A program made the position numbers and the translations under genes. From Octopus vulgaris (Eukaryota): a stretch of DNA of 64,000 nucleotides. The stretch is taken from positions 41,664,001 through 41,728,000 of the forward strand of contig OX597826.1 of the NCBI GenBank assembly GCA_951406725.2, in the 5' to 3' direction. Of this stretch, positions 1-14,694 are shown piece after piece (the stretch's first letter is position 1; each line of letters opens with the position of its first letter). The notes below the pieces were generated by a model. It searched no databases. It saw only the letters and a list, made by a program, of their open reading frames with translations, and had not been told where the DNA came from.

Positions 1-1443
1 TTTTCAAGCCATTCAGTTGCTGAATTTGTGTTTTATAAAAAGCATAATTAAAATGGTTAATGTGAGGAACTGGAAACAAAACAACAAATTTAATGTCCAT
101 TTAATATTGGTGCCATTACGTACATGAGATCGAAAGTGCGATGATGATGATAGCTCTTACGTAGGAGTAGAGCTTTAAATTTTAGTGAGGACCAAGTATA
201 TATTTTAAATTTTATCGGCCTGGGAGGGAAAAATGGAAAAGTGGACTTCAGCAGGATTTGAACCTAGAAATGACTAACAAGTGATTTAATAGCACTGCTA
301 ACACAGTAGGACGCAGCATTGACTTATATAAGCGCTTAATATAGCTTATAGTATATTATGGTTGCATAACGAAGTACGGTGTTCCTACAAGTCGTAACTT
401 CTTTTGTTAAGAATAGCGGCGAGATCCCCTTCAGAATAGCCATAATACCGTAGGGCAGAAAACATGTCATATGTATTGTTGATTTTGTATTGATTTTTTC
501 CTGTTCTGCTATTCGGCACACTGTTGGTAGTAAAGATTTCTAGGATAGAGAAAAGACCAATTCGGGAATAATGTAGTCAATTATAGCGACCCATATTTAA
601 TTGGTACGATTTTATCGATCACAGAAGGATGATCGGTAAAGTGAAGCTTGATGAGATTTTAGCTCAGCCCTTAGAAAAGCTGTAGTTAAATACAACAAAA
701 TATTTTTGTCAGGTACAAAAGATAGGGGCATTATACTTGGTTTTCTCAAGAAATTCTACTAGAATTAGAAAATTTAGTAAAATTTATATAATTGTATTAA
801 TAACTAACGTTTAAAAATCAGCTAATAAGAAGTTTCCTTGACGACAGAAGTATGAATGTTCAACCTTCTTATTGAGAAATGGATTAAAAATGTACGGCAT
901 AACATACCAGAGATAGAGACAGCTGTATCCCGGGCGTATAAGAAAGGGCTTTGTCGAGAATATTCCAAATTATACTGGACATGTCACATCCAGGTAAAAG
1001 TGGAGAAGGAAGGTAGACTGTCTTTAGTTCTTGTGTTTGTAACTTCAAAAGAAGTTACAACTTCTTTTGAAACTTCTTCTTGAAGTTACAAGATGTGTCA
1101 TGTAATTCTTCTGTAGACCATCAAATGAGGTAAGAATTGCCTAAAGGACCCATTATCTTGTAAAGAAAAATCCTTCCCGTTAGCAGACACATTTTTTTTC
1201 TGTAGTTGTAAAAGAGACATGAAGGTAAAGCCTGCCTCTCAACAGGCACTTTAAGATCGAATAATCACTGAAATACCGGTTCCACTAAGTGACCCGAACT
1301 AGCCAAGAAAAAAAGAGTCCCACTTCGCATCTATCTAATTTAGATGCCATAGCCATTTCAGCACTAACCGTGATTCCATCAGAACAAACCAAGATTCAAG
1401 GCTCCTTCATTGGAATTTCAACATCAACAAAGTAATTTTTAAG

Positions 1444-1477
<34 letters not shown>

Positions 1478-1872
1478 TGTATGTATGTATGTATGTATGT
1501 ATGTATGTATGTATGTATGTATGTATGTATGTCATTATTCAGTTCTCTTTCAAGATTTCTTGCCAATAGAAAAAGAGCTGGCTTCTTAACCGGATCTAAC
1601 TAGATCTTAACTAGTCCAAAGCCCCTTCATTAGAATTCCGCGAAAAGTTTAATAATACAAATATATGTCAAACATTTGTTATCATGAGCTCTCTACACTT
1701 TTCTTTTGTTTGTGCAACTACCACCCTCGCTCCATTCTCCTCCTCTCTACTCCCCCCCACACACATAATATAAGTTGTATAATTATATACAAATATAAAT
1801 TTATGTAAATGACTAACCTCCATATATATAAATTCATAAATATGAAATATTATAAATATAATGAATTTGTGC

Positions 1873-1946
<74 letters not shown>

Positions 1947-2572
1947 GTATGTATGTATGTATGTATGAATTTGTGAGTGTGTGTGTGTGCGTGTATATAT
2001 ATAGATACACATGCAAACAGAAAATTCCTATTTGTAAATCTCTCGACATGAATTACGTAACCAACTTCATTAGCTTACAACTGTTTCTGCGATGACATGC
2101 AGAGTACTCGGTGTTAAGTGATGGCGCATCATCTTGTGACTTCCTCGCAGTTTATATATAGGGTGATGCACTACCATTCAGCTTTGAGTGCACTACGCCT
2201 TATAAGGAAACAAAATCATTATTCAGTTGAAGACGAGTTTATTTGGATTGAAAACACAGAGAATCAACTTGCACTTGGAATGGTAATTATATTAAAGAAA
2301 CACAAGAAATATTTAATAAAGTTTATTCACAAAAACATTTAATTTTGGAAGGTGATATTTCCAGGTTTTTATCAATGCAAGTATTCAATCAGCTGATGAA
2401 AGATATGCTTCATATCCACAACCACTTGAAAAATTTTAAACCACAAAAGGGTCAATCTAATCAAAATGAATTTAATCATAGAAGAAGCAAGTACAAGCTA
2501 ATGAATTAATTTCTCATACATACATGCATATATACATACATACATACATACATACATACATACATACATACA

Positions 2573-2604
<32 letters not shown>

Positions 2605-2621
2605 CATACATATATATACAT

Positions 2622-2696
<75 letters not shown>

Positions 2697-2807
2697 CTGC
2701 TCGCTTAGCCAGCGGGGTGGCGTCATTCGAAGGCTAAAACAATGCGAACGCATTGTGACCAGCGAGGTGTAACAACATATGATGGTCTGGTCGGTCACGT
2801 GATCACA

Positions 2808-2860
<53 letters not shown>

Positions 2861-2900
2861 TTTTCTTTAAAAATGTTTATATCCTCATATTTGACGTCTT

Positions 2901-2992
2901 GCGGTTGTCTGACGAGAGCGGTTCCTTTCAAATTGATGAAATGTTTTCATTAACCAATTAAAGGAGTCGCTTGAAACGGCCGTAATAAATTG
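2901..2992 (+). ncRNA. Type I minimal hammerhead ribozyme motif
   Basis: CTGACGA (2909-15); 13 bp stem II GAGCGGTTCCTTT/AAAGGAGTCGCTT; GAAA (2973-76); palindromic ACGGCCGT stem III; GUA site; weak stem I. Confidence 0.7.
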
Positions 2993-3520
2993 ACATCTGT
3001 ACATCTTTGTTACTCATTTATATTCTGTTCACCTAACTTGGAATCTGCACTTCGGAAATACTATAGAAAGCGCCAGTATAAAAGTACATATCTGAATGAT
3101 CAAGAGCAGATAGCGTCACTTAGGTGGATTACATTGTCTGCTCACACGGCAGGAATATCAGGTACAAACACCCCTGCACGGAGTCTTGATTTTCAATATT
3201 CAATTAATATTGTTTGGGTGTGCAGATTATACCGACCTAGCAAGGTGCCTCAATTTAAGTACCTAATTATGTAGGTACTATATATATGTAGTTATATTTT
3301 TGTGTTATTAAATAAACAGCGCTCTGAAGTGCTCAGGTACACAACCTGAAACGTTAGGTATATACATTATATTTAAAAGGAGAATTCGGGTAGGTTCAAC
3401 GATTTAGAATAATAGTACAAGACATACTCAGCCACAAAGCCGGTGTATACAAATTATTAAAATATATTTAATGCTTCACTCGTTAAGCTGTTAAAAAAAT
3501 GTTAAAAATTTACAAATACT

Positions 3521-3915
3521 TCTTTATATATAAAAGTGAGGTTGTGTGCTGTCTGTCTCCTACGATTTAGATTCCTAACTACTCCCACATTTTGCAGTGC
3601 AGTTTAACCAAAACCGGGTATCTTATAGTCGTGATTCATATCGAGCCCTTCTGGGTATTAGCGCGCGTCTACGATGAGTCTACGATTTAAAAAAAAATAC
3701 CATCAATTTTTCCCATTTTTAATGCATTTTTGGCTTATATAAGGGAAGTAACTCTCTAAAAATTTATTATTAAATCTCAGAACGTAAAAAGCTACAGTAA
3801 CAACCCCCCCTTTGTGGTTAGCCATATTGAGATGGCTATTATACTTTACATCTCTAAAAATGCTTATATAGTTATTTCCCTTACAAACCCGAGCAACGCC
3901 GGGCGATACTGCTAG
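3521..3915 (+). mobile_element. Non-autonomous Helitron-like element
   Basis: 5' end TCTTTATATATAAAAG...TGTCTGTCT; 3' hairpin CCCGAGCAACGCCGGG (3888-3903) followed by CTAG|T; no TSD. Confidence 0.8.
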
Positions 3916-4246
3916 TAAATATATAAAAATAAAATATACATATATGTATAGAAAAACAATACTGATGTATAAAAATATCTTAGTGTCTTGAAAGGTGTAT
4001 GTTGAAGACATCGTCCTACTTACAGATTAAGAGTGTTGTTAAAAAAGATATTAAGAAAGATATTTAAGATGTATAAGTGTAAATCCTTGCGAAAAGGTGG
4101 GTAAAGAAATGTTTAAGCATCGAGATGGAAGGTAAAGCTTCCAATGATTAGATGGTGGTGCACCAATTTCAAGAATTAAGTGGTGGTACATAGAGGTGTC
4201 AAAGTTTAGGGATAGGAAAAACAGAACTGAAAAATAGAACTGAATA

Positions 4247-4640
4247 TTTACTCTTTACTCTTTCACTCTTTTACTTGTTTCAGTCATTTGACTGCGGCCA
4301 TGCTGGAGCACCGCCTTTAGTCGAGCAAATCGACCCCGGGACTTACTCTTTGTAAGCCCAGTACTTATTCTATCGGTTCTTTTGCCGAACCGCTAAGTGA
4401 CGGTGACGTAAACACACCAGCATCGGTTGTCAAGCAATGCTAGGGGGACAAACACAGACACACAAACATATACACACACACCCATGTATATATACATATA
4501 TACGACAGGCTTCTTTCAGTTTCCGTCTACCAAATCCACTCACAAGGCATTGGTCGGCCCGGGGCTATAGCAGAAGACACTTACCCAAGATGCCACGCAG
4601 TGGGACTGAAACCGGAACCATGTGGTTGGTTAGCAAGCTA
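4247..4640 (-). mobile_element. SINE family B (tRNA head, internal CA/TA microsatellite, (GAGTAAA)n tail)
   Basis: TTACTTGTTTCAGTCATTTGACTGCGGCCATGCTGGAGCACC ... GCCACGCAGTGGGACTGAA; shared with 11401, 41281 and other copies. Confidence 0.9.
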
Positions 4641-4760
4641 TTTGTATATTTTTATTAATATTTAATGCAAGTACCAGAGTGACTCAAGATCCGAGTTTCG
4701 TGCGTAGGCACTTATAAAACTATTTGATAAAAGTGCTAAAAACACGCGCACGTACCCACG

Positions 4761-4826
<66 letters not shown>

Positions 4827-5069
4827 TACACACACACATGCATGCATACATAAACGCGCGCATACAGCCGCGGAATACATATACATATTCAAGTGTATAT
4901 ATATATATACGTAAATGTGTGAGCGTTAGTGTGTATATGTGTGCATATGTGTGTATATGTGTGTGTGGTGTGTTTATGTATGCAGAAATAAATAATCATT
5001 TAGCAAGAAAGAAAGTGATATAGTGATATACTGTATGAACAACAACGAGAGAAATGGACAGATAGAAAT

Positions 5070-5135
<66 letters not shown>

Positions 5136-5167
5136 GGATAGATAGATAGATAGATAGATAGATGGAT

Positions 5168-5199
<32 letters not shown>

Positions 5200-5540
5200 G
5201 GAGAGAAAGAGAGAGAGAGAGCGAAAGGCAAGTTGGGACAGAGGTAGGAAGTATAGAAATGGCAGTGTATGTCCCGTTGTTAATCAAAGTCACCTCATTA
5301 AGTAGGGAAATTTATTCCCAACGGATGTTACCCAGAGTTGAGGACTATTACTTTCGTCTCTAAGTATGGAGATAATATATATGTCTAGTCTTCTCTGAGA
5401 CCTATAATATCTTCACATACATACATACATACATACATACATACATACATACATACATACATACATACATACATACATGCATACATACATACATACATAC
5501 ATACATACATACATACATACATACTTACATACATACATAC

Positions 5541-5571
<31 letters not shown>

Positions 5572-5789
5572 CATTGTTGATGTTGGAATTCTAATGAAGG
5601 CGCTTTGGACTAGTTAAGATCTAGTTAGATCCGGTTAAGAAGCCAGCTCTTTCTCTATTGGCAAGAAATCTTGAAAGAGAACTGAATAATGACATACATA
5701 CATACATACATACATACATACATACATACATACATACATACATACATACATACATACATACATACATACATACACACATACCTGAACAA

Positions 5790-6160
5790 TGACATATGAA
5801 AATTAAGGAGAAAGAAGAAAAATATGAACTACTGCTTCGAAACCGTCAGCTTCTATATCCGGATTACAAATTTACATTTATACCAATTAATAATGGAGTG
5901 CATTTGGTTTTGTAAGTCCATGCCTAGCTGTCAGTCTGGATAAGCTTGGGTTTTCAGAAAAAGAAATCAACCAACTGATTTTCACCTTACATATACAGTC
6001 TGTAAGCGGAACAATGACACTATGCAAGGCTTTCCCCAGGTTTAAAATGTGACATTGTTTTCGTTATTTGAGTTCCAACGATGGAGCTTTGTACCTTTGT
6101 TAGAAACCAACTCCTTCTTCAAAGGAAGAATTTAAATAATTAAAAACAGGAAAGAACATA
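5790..6160 (+). mobile_element. 3' end of the same RLE LINE family as 54430-54752
   Basis: Aligns by eye with 54430-54752 (CTTCTATATCC, ATACAGTCTGTAAG, AAAATGTGACATTG, CTTTGTTAGAAACC); preceded by (CATA)n. Confidence 0.7.
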
Positions 6161-7087
6161 CATATAGCTATCCATCTATCCATACATACATTTATCCATC
6201 CATCACACATACGCACACACACACAAATATATACACACACGGAGCAATGATATACAGAATATTCATTCCAAATAGTGAAGGAAATCATAGAAAAACTAAA
6301 ATATAATTATTACAATACACATTAATTAACAACCAAAATTGCTAATTAACAGACGTAATTACTAATATTCATATACAAACATTCACTGTTTTTGTTGTTT
6401 AGTTCCAGGTAAGCTTTGGGCCTATAACCAGAGAATGTTCTACCCTTGACCACCCTGCTTAAATGCAGAGACACAAAACAATGTATCCTTCTTTGCACAG
6501 GTAGATGAAATAGCAATTTTTATTGAAATTTAGCTGCTGTTTCTGGCACAGAGCGAGCTATCACATTACGGCTTGACGTAGAATTATGGCAGAGAAGGGT
6601 GGAAGGGATATGAGGTAGGATGAATTATTTCCTAGGGATGAGGAAATAATTAGAGAGAGTTTGAAAAATGGGGAGGGGAGGGGTTATAGGGAAGCATAAC
6701 AAGGTTTTCTATTGGTTATATTATTTACCCACACACATGCACACGCACACACACACACATATGAGAGCACACATACACACATACACACACAAGGAACTTG
6801 CATCCCTTGTTCGGTACTTAAGATAGTGCTTTTGATGGTTATTGAGTCGTTTTGACTCTTATTTCTAGCAATACTGATACTGATTAGTGTCTTTGTTCAC
6901 TTTAGTGACCTATATATTCTTGCCTATAGGTTGTAAAATTGCGAATTAGATACCAATATTATATAAATATATATATGTGTGTATATATACATATATATAT
7001 GTGTGTGTGTGTGTGCGGACATACATACACAAATACATATATGTGTATATAATATATGCATATATATAATATATATATATATATATC

Positions 7088-7117
<30 letters not shown>

Positions 7118-7121
<4 letters not shown>

Positions 7122-7371
7122 CTAGTGGTTAGGGCAGCGGACTCGTGGTCGTAGAATCGCGGTTTCGATTCCCAGACCAGGCGTTGTGAGTGTTTATTGA
7201 GCTAAAACACCTAAAACCTCCACGAGGCTCCGGTAGGGGGTGGTGATCCCTGCTGTACTCTTTCACCACTCTTTCTTCTGTTGGCCTGCTCGCTTAGCCA
7301 GCTAAAACAATGCGAACGCATTGTGACCAGCGATGTGTAACTACATCTGGTGGTCTGGTCGGTCACGTGAT

Positions 7372-7378
<7 letters not shown>
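7118..7378 (+). mobile_element. SINE family C (tRNA-derived)
   Basis: TGGCCTAGTGGTTAGGGCAGCGGACTC A box and GGTTTCGATTCCC B box; the 3' part recurs at 2693-2810 and the head at 13878. Confidence 0.85.
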
Positions 7379-7403
<25 letters not shown>

Positions 7404-8100
7404 GCATTCACACACACATACACACACAGGGAAAACGTGAATGTATTGTGGATTTCACGTGTTCCATTATCTAATGAATATGGAGTCAATTAAAACAGAA
7501 AAACCAGGAAAATAGAAATATAAACGGAAGTGAAACGACATTTCTTATGCTATGGCAAGATGTCACAAATGTTGCATAGTAAGTTGGCTAACAGACAAAA
7601 TCACAGACAGGAAAACACTCATAAAATGCACGCACGCACATACACAGTTACACACACAAACACACATACAGATATTTCCCAACGAGGTTGTATATATTAT
7701 TTGTATAGATTTTACTTCACATGGAATAACGCGTGACTTGAAACACGTTCATCAGGTTTTTATCCCACAGTGGTTAAATTCTCGTCACAAACGTAACGTT
7801 TTGTGTGAAAGAGAACAAAAGAAGCAATTTTAGAACCGATGGCACGATTCTAAAATAATTCTTCCAGTTATATTTAGAAAACTGTGTTTCTGATTTTAGA
7901 TACGATGGGAAATAATTGCAGAAATCTATAAAAATAACTAACTTGTGTGTATGTGTGTGAGTGTATGTGTGTATGTGTGTACATGTATGTCAATATCGGC
8001 AAAAGGATAGATCTAAGTTTAAATTTAAAATATACATTGCGTTTGTAATTACGTGTTTTCTGTTTATATACAACAGGTCATTTACACATGCTGGTGTGGG

Positions 8101-8283
<183 letters not shown>

Positions 8284-9574
8284 GTCCCTACCAGTATATA
8301 TGTATACAATTATGTGCTGCGGCCGTGCTGGGGCACCGCATTGAAGAATTGTTTTTAGTCTTTTAGTCGTACAAATAAGCCGAGTTACTTTAAAACCTGG
8401 TACTTATTCTATCGTTCGCTTTGGCCGAACTGCTAGAGAATACGGGAATGTAAACACACCAACACCAACTGTCAAGCAGTGGTGGCGGACAAAGATAGGC
8501 ACATATATACACACACACACACACAAACATGTGTGTATATATATATATAACGGGAAGGTTTACGAAAATAACCAAAAGACGAAGGCAGGTGGAGTACAAA
8601 CAAACAAATGTATTAGTATGGCGCTCAGGAATAGAAATAGAAAAAGTCTTTTACGTTTCGAGCCTACGCTCTTCGACAGAAAGATACACAGAAAAAAAAC
8701 AAGGAGAGAAACAAGGAGAGGAAAAAATGCGTGTAGGAGATAACGATTCAACATGGCGTCCTGACTTCGGACAGTGGTCAGACGCGAGAAGGACAGTAGG
8801 GGAGATAACAGGGTCAAGTGACTTCCAAAACGAAGATACCCCCAACATAAAGGCGCGTGTGTGTATAAGAGAGTATGTATGTGCGTGTGAAAGAGGGCTG
8901 GTGGTCTGGACACGTGTATGTGTGTATGAGAACATTTTGTAAATAGGCTTATAAGTGCATCACGTGTCGGTAATCTACACAAAATAAAGGCTGTGAGGCT
9001 AGTTTAAATACTCGGGTAAATATCCTTTAGAAGACAGAAAAAAGTGGTCAGCAAGCCTCCACAGGCGTCTAGGGATCGATTTCCCGTAGAGGCTTCCTGT
9101 CCAATTTTTCCCGTCTCCTAAATGATATTTACCCGATTATTTAAGCCAGCCTCAGAGCTTTCCTGAGTTCCCGAACTCGTGTGTATTATCTATCTATCGA
9201 TCTAAGATTCGCATCTTACTGAAACAAACTAATAACATGTAACTTCTACTAAACGCATTGCGTGTTTCTTTCGCTCGTCCACTTTTCCGTATATACATAA
9301 TTCATCATATGTATATGTCTGTATGTGTATGTATAAGTGCGCATACACACATTATATATGTATATAATATATATAGATGATTTGTGCCGCACTCTCTCCA
9401 TCGAATCGATGTCGTCTGAACAGGTGCACGGTGTACATGTCAGGTGTTGAAGTGATTACAGAACAACATGAGATGAAGTGTTTTGCTCAAGAACACAACG
9501 CACCACCAGGTCTAGGAACTGAAATTACGATCTCGAGATCGTGAATGCAACACTCTAATCACTAAGCCAAGCGA

Positions 9575-9609
<35 letters not shown>

Positions 9610-9636
9610 TGTATATACACAAATATATAGATAAAC

Positions 9637-9702
<66 letters not shown>

Positions 9703-9704
9703 AC

Positions 9705-9766
<62 letters not shown>

Positions 9767-9821
9767 GTATATATATACATACATGCGTAACTATAGATTT
9801 GTATTGTTTTATTTGTGAATT

Positions 9822-10079
9822 GTGGGGGGTCTGTGGCTTAATGGTTAAGGTGTTGGACTCATGATCGTAAGATTGTGGTTTCGATTCCTGGACCAGGCGA
9901 TGCGTCGTGTTCTTGAGCAAAACACTTCATTTCACGTTGCTCCAGTCCGCTCAGCTGACAAAAATCTAATCCTGCGACGGATCGGCATCCCGTCCAGGTG
10001 GGGAATTTCTATGCCACTGAAACCGGGAAACCGGCCCTTATGAGTCTGGTATGGCTCGAAAAGGAAACATTTCCTCTTC
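9822..10079 (+). mobile_element. SINE family D (tRNA head + V-domain-like core) with TSD
   Basis: CCTGCGACGGATCGGCATCCCGTCCAGG core; TSD TATTTGTGAATT at 9810-9821 and 10080-10091. Confidence 0.85.
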
Positions 10080-10734
10080 TATTTGTGAATTAACGATGTA
10101 ACCAATGGCTTCATGTAAAGAGACCCTCAAGATTATTCAAGCATATCTCATGGGGGATGTTGGTATTAGTTTCTATGTGGAACACTTGAAAACAATTGTG
10201 AAGTTCTTTTCACATGAAATCATTGGTTATTTTGTTAACCCACAAATAAAGAATATTTATCCAGCAATGCGTTGTTGAGTACTCGTTCTCACTAATTTTT
10301 CAGCTTCTACGGATTGCCATCCTCAATCTTTCACGCTCTCTCAGATGTATATACACACACACATATGTATGCATATATGTTTACCAACCTTTGAACGGGA
10401 TGCTACTGTATAGTACGAAGATCTCACCCTCTCCATCGAAAGTTAGGACTCAAGACTGTAACAGGGAAAGCAGATTTTCAATACCTTGCCAGGAAATTAA
10501 AAGTAACTTAGATATTTACGAGATATGAATCTGAATGTATTCAAGAAATAGATGATCTATCTGAGGTATGAGATGGACGCATATCAAGGCAAAAAACGCA
10601 AATGAGGGTGCCATTGGCCAATTCTCTCACTCAAAGGAAGGACTCTTGAAATAAATTCAAATAAATTGGCAATCAGAATAATGACGGTGTTCTAGTACGG
10701 TCATAGATTTTAGCTGAAACAAATGAAAGTAAAA

Positions 10735-10886
<152 letters not shown>

Positions 10887-11400
10887 CCATAAATTCATAC
10901 AGGGTGAGTCAGAAGACATCCTATAATTTTCAATGATTTAGAAAATTGATTTCATTTTTCTTATAACTTTTTATCATATATTTGTTGCTATTCATTGTGA
11001 ATGTTTTTTGATGTTTATATATATATATTTATATATATATATATATATAATAGAAATATTAAAATTACTAAGTCTCTCTAAAAGAAATTACGGCAGCGTT
11101 ACTGGAAATTAATTGTTATCGCCATATTAATATGGCAGTCTTATAGATGTAAGACTAAAAGCTGTCGCTGATTAGCTCCATATATGTATATATATATAAG
11201 AATAATATAATAGGAGACTTTAATAATAGATCATAACATTTATTTATGCACCGCAGAACAGTTTTATGTTGCTCATTTTACATTTATTTACGAGCATAGA
11301 AAAATATTCTTTATAATATTTCTCAGCAACAGCCGTACGTGAGCGCGTCATCGGGTGGAATAGATATATAATATTTGCATACATATATGTGTATGTAGTA

Positions 11401-11824
11401 TACTCTTTACTCTTTCTCTTTTACTTGTTTCAGTCATTTGACTGCGGCCATGCTGGAGCACCACCTTTAGTCGAGCAAATCGACCCCGGGACTTATTCTT
11501 TGTAAGACCAGTACTTATTCTATCGGTCTCTTTTTGCCGAACAGCTAAGTGACAGGGACGTAAACACTCCAGCATCGGTTGTCAAGCAATGCTAGGGGGA
11601 CAAACACACATACACAAACACTCACACACATACACATATATATATATATATACATATATACGACAGACTTCTTTCAGTTTCCGTCTACCAAATCCACTCA
11701 CAAGGCATTGGTCGGCCCGGGGCTATAGCAGAAGACACTTGCCCAAGATGCCACGCAGTGGGACTGAACCCGGAACCATGTGGTTGGTTAGCAAGCTACT
11801 TACCACACAGCCACTCCTGCGCCT
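11401..11824 (-). mobile_element. SINE family B, full length
   Basis: Near-identical to the 4247 copy; head GGCGCAGGAGTGGCTGTGTGGTAAG, B box GGTTCAGTCCC. Confidence 0.9.
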
Positions 11825-12266
11825 ATGTATGTATACCAAACGAATAATATGTAAAATATATATACACATATGTATACACACACACACACACATATATGCA
11901 TATACACACACCTATCACTTACATACACGTACATATTTATACATAAGGATATTTTTCAATAATAGAATCCCGGTTAATCGTTTCCCACAGCGAACTGATG
12001 TCCGGGATCTTCCGGGCGACCGGTATGTTGAACTGCAAAACATTCGTCGACCAACTTCTACGTAGACATCTGAACCGCGATACTCACCCAAGAAATGAGA
12101 AATAAGAGGTTAATGAATGCAGCAGGGGGGAGATGGGTAATAGTCATTTAGTGGTGGTGGTCCGTGTGAGGGAGGAAAAAAAGTGAGGATAAGGTAAGAC
12201 GTTGAGCTGACCTAAACATACCTGGATCGTTAACTGGTTTATATAAATGCTATAGTGAATTTTGAA

Positions 12267-12306
<40 letters not shown>

Positions 12307-12667
12307 GCGCGCGCACACACACAAACAAACAACCAAATCCAAGCATGTACGTACAGGAGATATGTATTTATACACGTAGGTATACACACGCTCATTCGCG
12401 CGTGTGGGTGCACGTGTGCAAGCGTATATATGTATGTGGTTGTATAGGTATATATGTATATACGTGTAGGTGTGCGACTTGGAAAGAGCCTTTATATTAG
12501 TGTGAGAGAAAACTATAAAAAGTCTGCCATGAGAACCACGAGACTTGTCACGTGAGTGCTATTTTCTGGTTTGCAATACAAATTGTAAGTATCATGTATG
12601 TGTAGATATGTAGGTAGGTATATACATACGTTCATACATTCATACATACTTACATATACACACACAT

Positions 12668-12710
<43 letters not shown>

Positions 12711-12787
12711 CATATATTTCTGTATGTACACCTTCATATATGTATATATAGGCACATTTATGTAGCTATATATAAATATATATATAT

Positions 12788-12818
<31 letters not shown>

Positions 12819-12902
12819 GGTGTGTGTGCACGTGTGTGTGTATATGTCAGTATGTATGAATGTATGTATATACCTACCTCATATCTACACATATATGATA
12901 CT

Positions 12903-13007
<105 letters not shown>

Positions 13008-13161
13008 TATACATATATACATATATATACATATATATATACATATATATATACATATATATACATATATGTATGTCTATATATATATACATATATATAT
13101 ATGTATATATATATATGTATAGCTTATATATATATATAGACATAAATATATGCATACAGAA

Positions 13162-13204
<43 letters not shown>

Positions 13205-13214
13205 CATACATACA

Positions 13215-13245
<31 letters not shown>

Positions 13246-13359
13246 TTAGCTACATAAATGTGCACATATATATGTAATCCATCAGTTTAATTTAGAACGG
13301 CTTGTATTTTAACTTATCAAAACAAACACGTACCTCCCACAAACACAGACATATATAGC

Positions 13360-13405
<46 letters not shown>

Positions 13406-13795
13406 GAAGGTTGAAAAGGAACACACGAGTTGATATGTATAAACAAAATAAGACAAGGTAGAAAATGCTAAAATATTTTTATCATGAAGAACATTTTAGT
13501 ACCGGTTTCAGATGTTGCGACTTTTTCAATATTGAGTAAAGCATGAAAAACAATTAAAGTGTGGAAAAATTCAATGAAATGTGTTTTTAAAAAATATTTC
13601 CATAGTTTTCAAATGCAAGGGACATTTTCCTTTTTTGTCTCTGTCTCTGTCTCTCTTTTTTTACTCATGTATATATATATACACACATATATGTATATAT
13701 ACATACCTTGTTTTTGTATCGTCTATCTGGATGTTTTATTGTCCCTTTTTGTTGTTGTCCGGATGTTTTGCGTTCTTGTCCCATTTTGTATTTTA

Positions 13796-13877
<82 letters not shown>

Positions 13878-13880
<3 letters not shown>

Positions 13881-14105
13881 GAGGCGCAATGGTCCAGTGG
13901 TTAGCGCAGCGGACTCGCGGTCGGAGCATCGCGGTTTCAATTCCAAGACCGGGCGTTGTGTGTGTTTATTGAGTGGAAACATCTGAAGCTCCACGAGGCT
14001 CCGGCAGGGGGTGGTGGCGACCCCTGGTGTACTCCTTCGCCCCAACTTTCCAGCGGTGGTGCCCCAGCATGGCCGCAGCCTTCGGGCTGAAACAATTTTA
14101 AGGAT
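13878..14105 (+). mobile_element. SINE family C head joined to a family B-like tail
   Basis: Head matches 7118; ends GGTGCCCCAGCATGGCCGCAGCC...CTGAAACA like the family B 3' end. Confidence 0.75.
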
Positions 14106-14150
14106 TCATATATTTATATGCACAGACACCCAAACATCTCTCTCTCTCTC

Positions 14151-14194
<44 letters not shown>

Positions 14195-14197
<3 letters not shown>

Positions 14198-14355
14198 CGG
14201 GCTTCTTTCGGTTTCCGTGCTCGAAATCCACTAACAAGGCTTTGGTCGGCCCGATGTAATAGTAGAAGACACTTACCCAAGGTGCTACGCTGGGGTAAAA
14301 CCGGACCCATGTGATTGGGAAGGAAGCTTCCTACCACACAGCCACGCATGCGCCT
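14195..14355 (-). mobile_element. SINE family B, 5' half
   Basis: Similar to the head of the 11401 copy. Confidence 0.75.
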
Positions 14356-14660
14356 ATAACTTGGGAGACCTTGCCAGGATATATACGTACATACATACAT
14401 ACATACATACATGCATACACATATATACATCATTGTATATCTCTACATACATATACGTTTATAACCAGTATAGCTACCTCTTTTGTGTCACCGCTTATTC
14501 TTTTTACCCAAAGAAACAAAGGATGCCCCGTTAGGCTTTTCAGGGTCAATATGCGTAAAGGGCGAAGACAAGGAAGCTATCGGCCGACCAAGAATGCTTA
14601 GTTGGTAAAATGTGAACACATAAACGTGCGTGCGTGAGTGTGTTAGTATAGATATGGGCG

Positions 14661-14694
<34 letters not shown>

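Noticed and set aside
1037-1091. Short nested palindrome TTCAAAAGAAGTT/AACTTCTTTTGAA
   Set aside because: Short, single-copy and without supporting context; likely a local template-switch scar.
3324-3357. CTGAAGT...GAAAC hammerhead-like motif (similarly 44637-44670)
   Set aside because: Core mismatches and poor stems; too degenerate to call.
7118-7180. tRNA-like sequences at SINE heads (also 9830, 13878, 29424, 30940)
   Set aside because: A/B boxes are present, but there is no complete cloverleaf and each continues into a SINE body.
10898-10960. TA-CAGGGTGAGTC possible Tc1/mariner TIR (also a CCTGTA end at ~63188)
   Set aside because: No matching partner TIR was found in the window.
11589-12065. 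158 aa ORF shared in part with the 4437 ORF
   Set aside because: It is an antisense reading of SINE family B.
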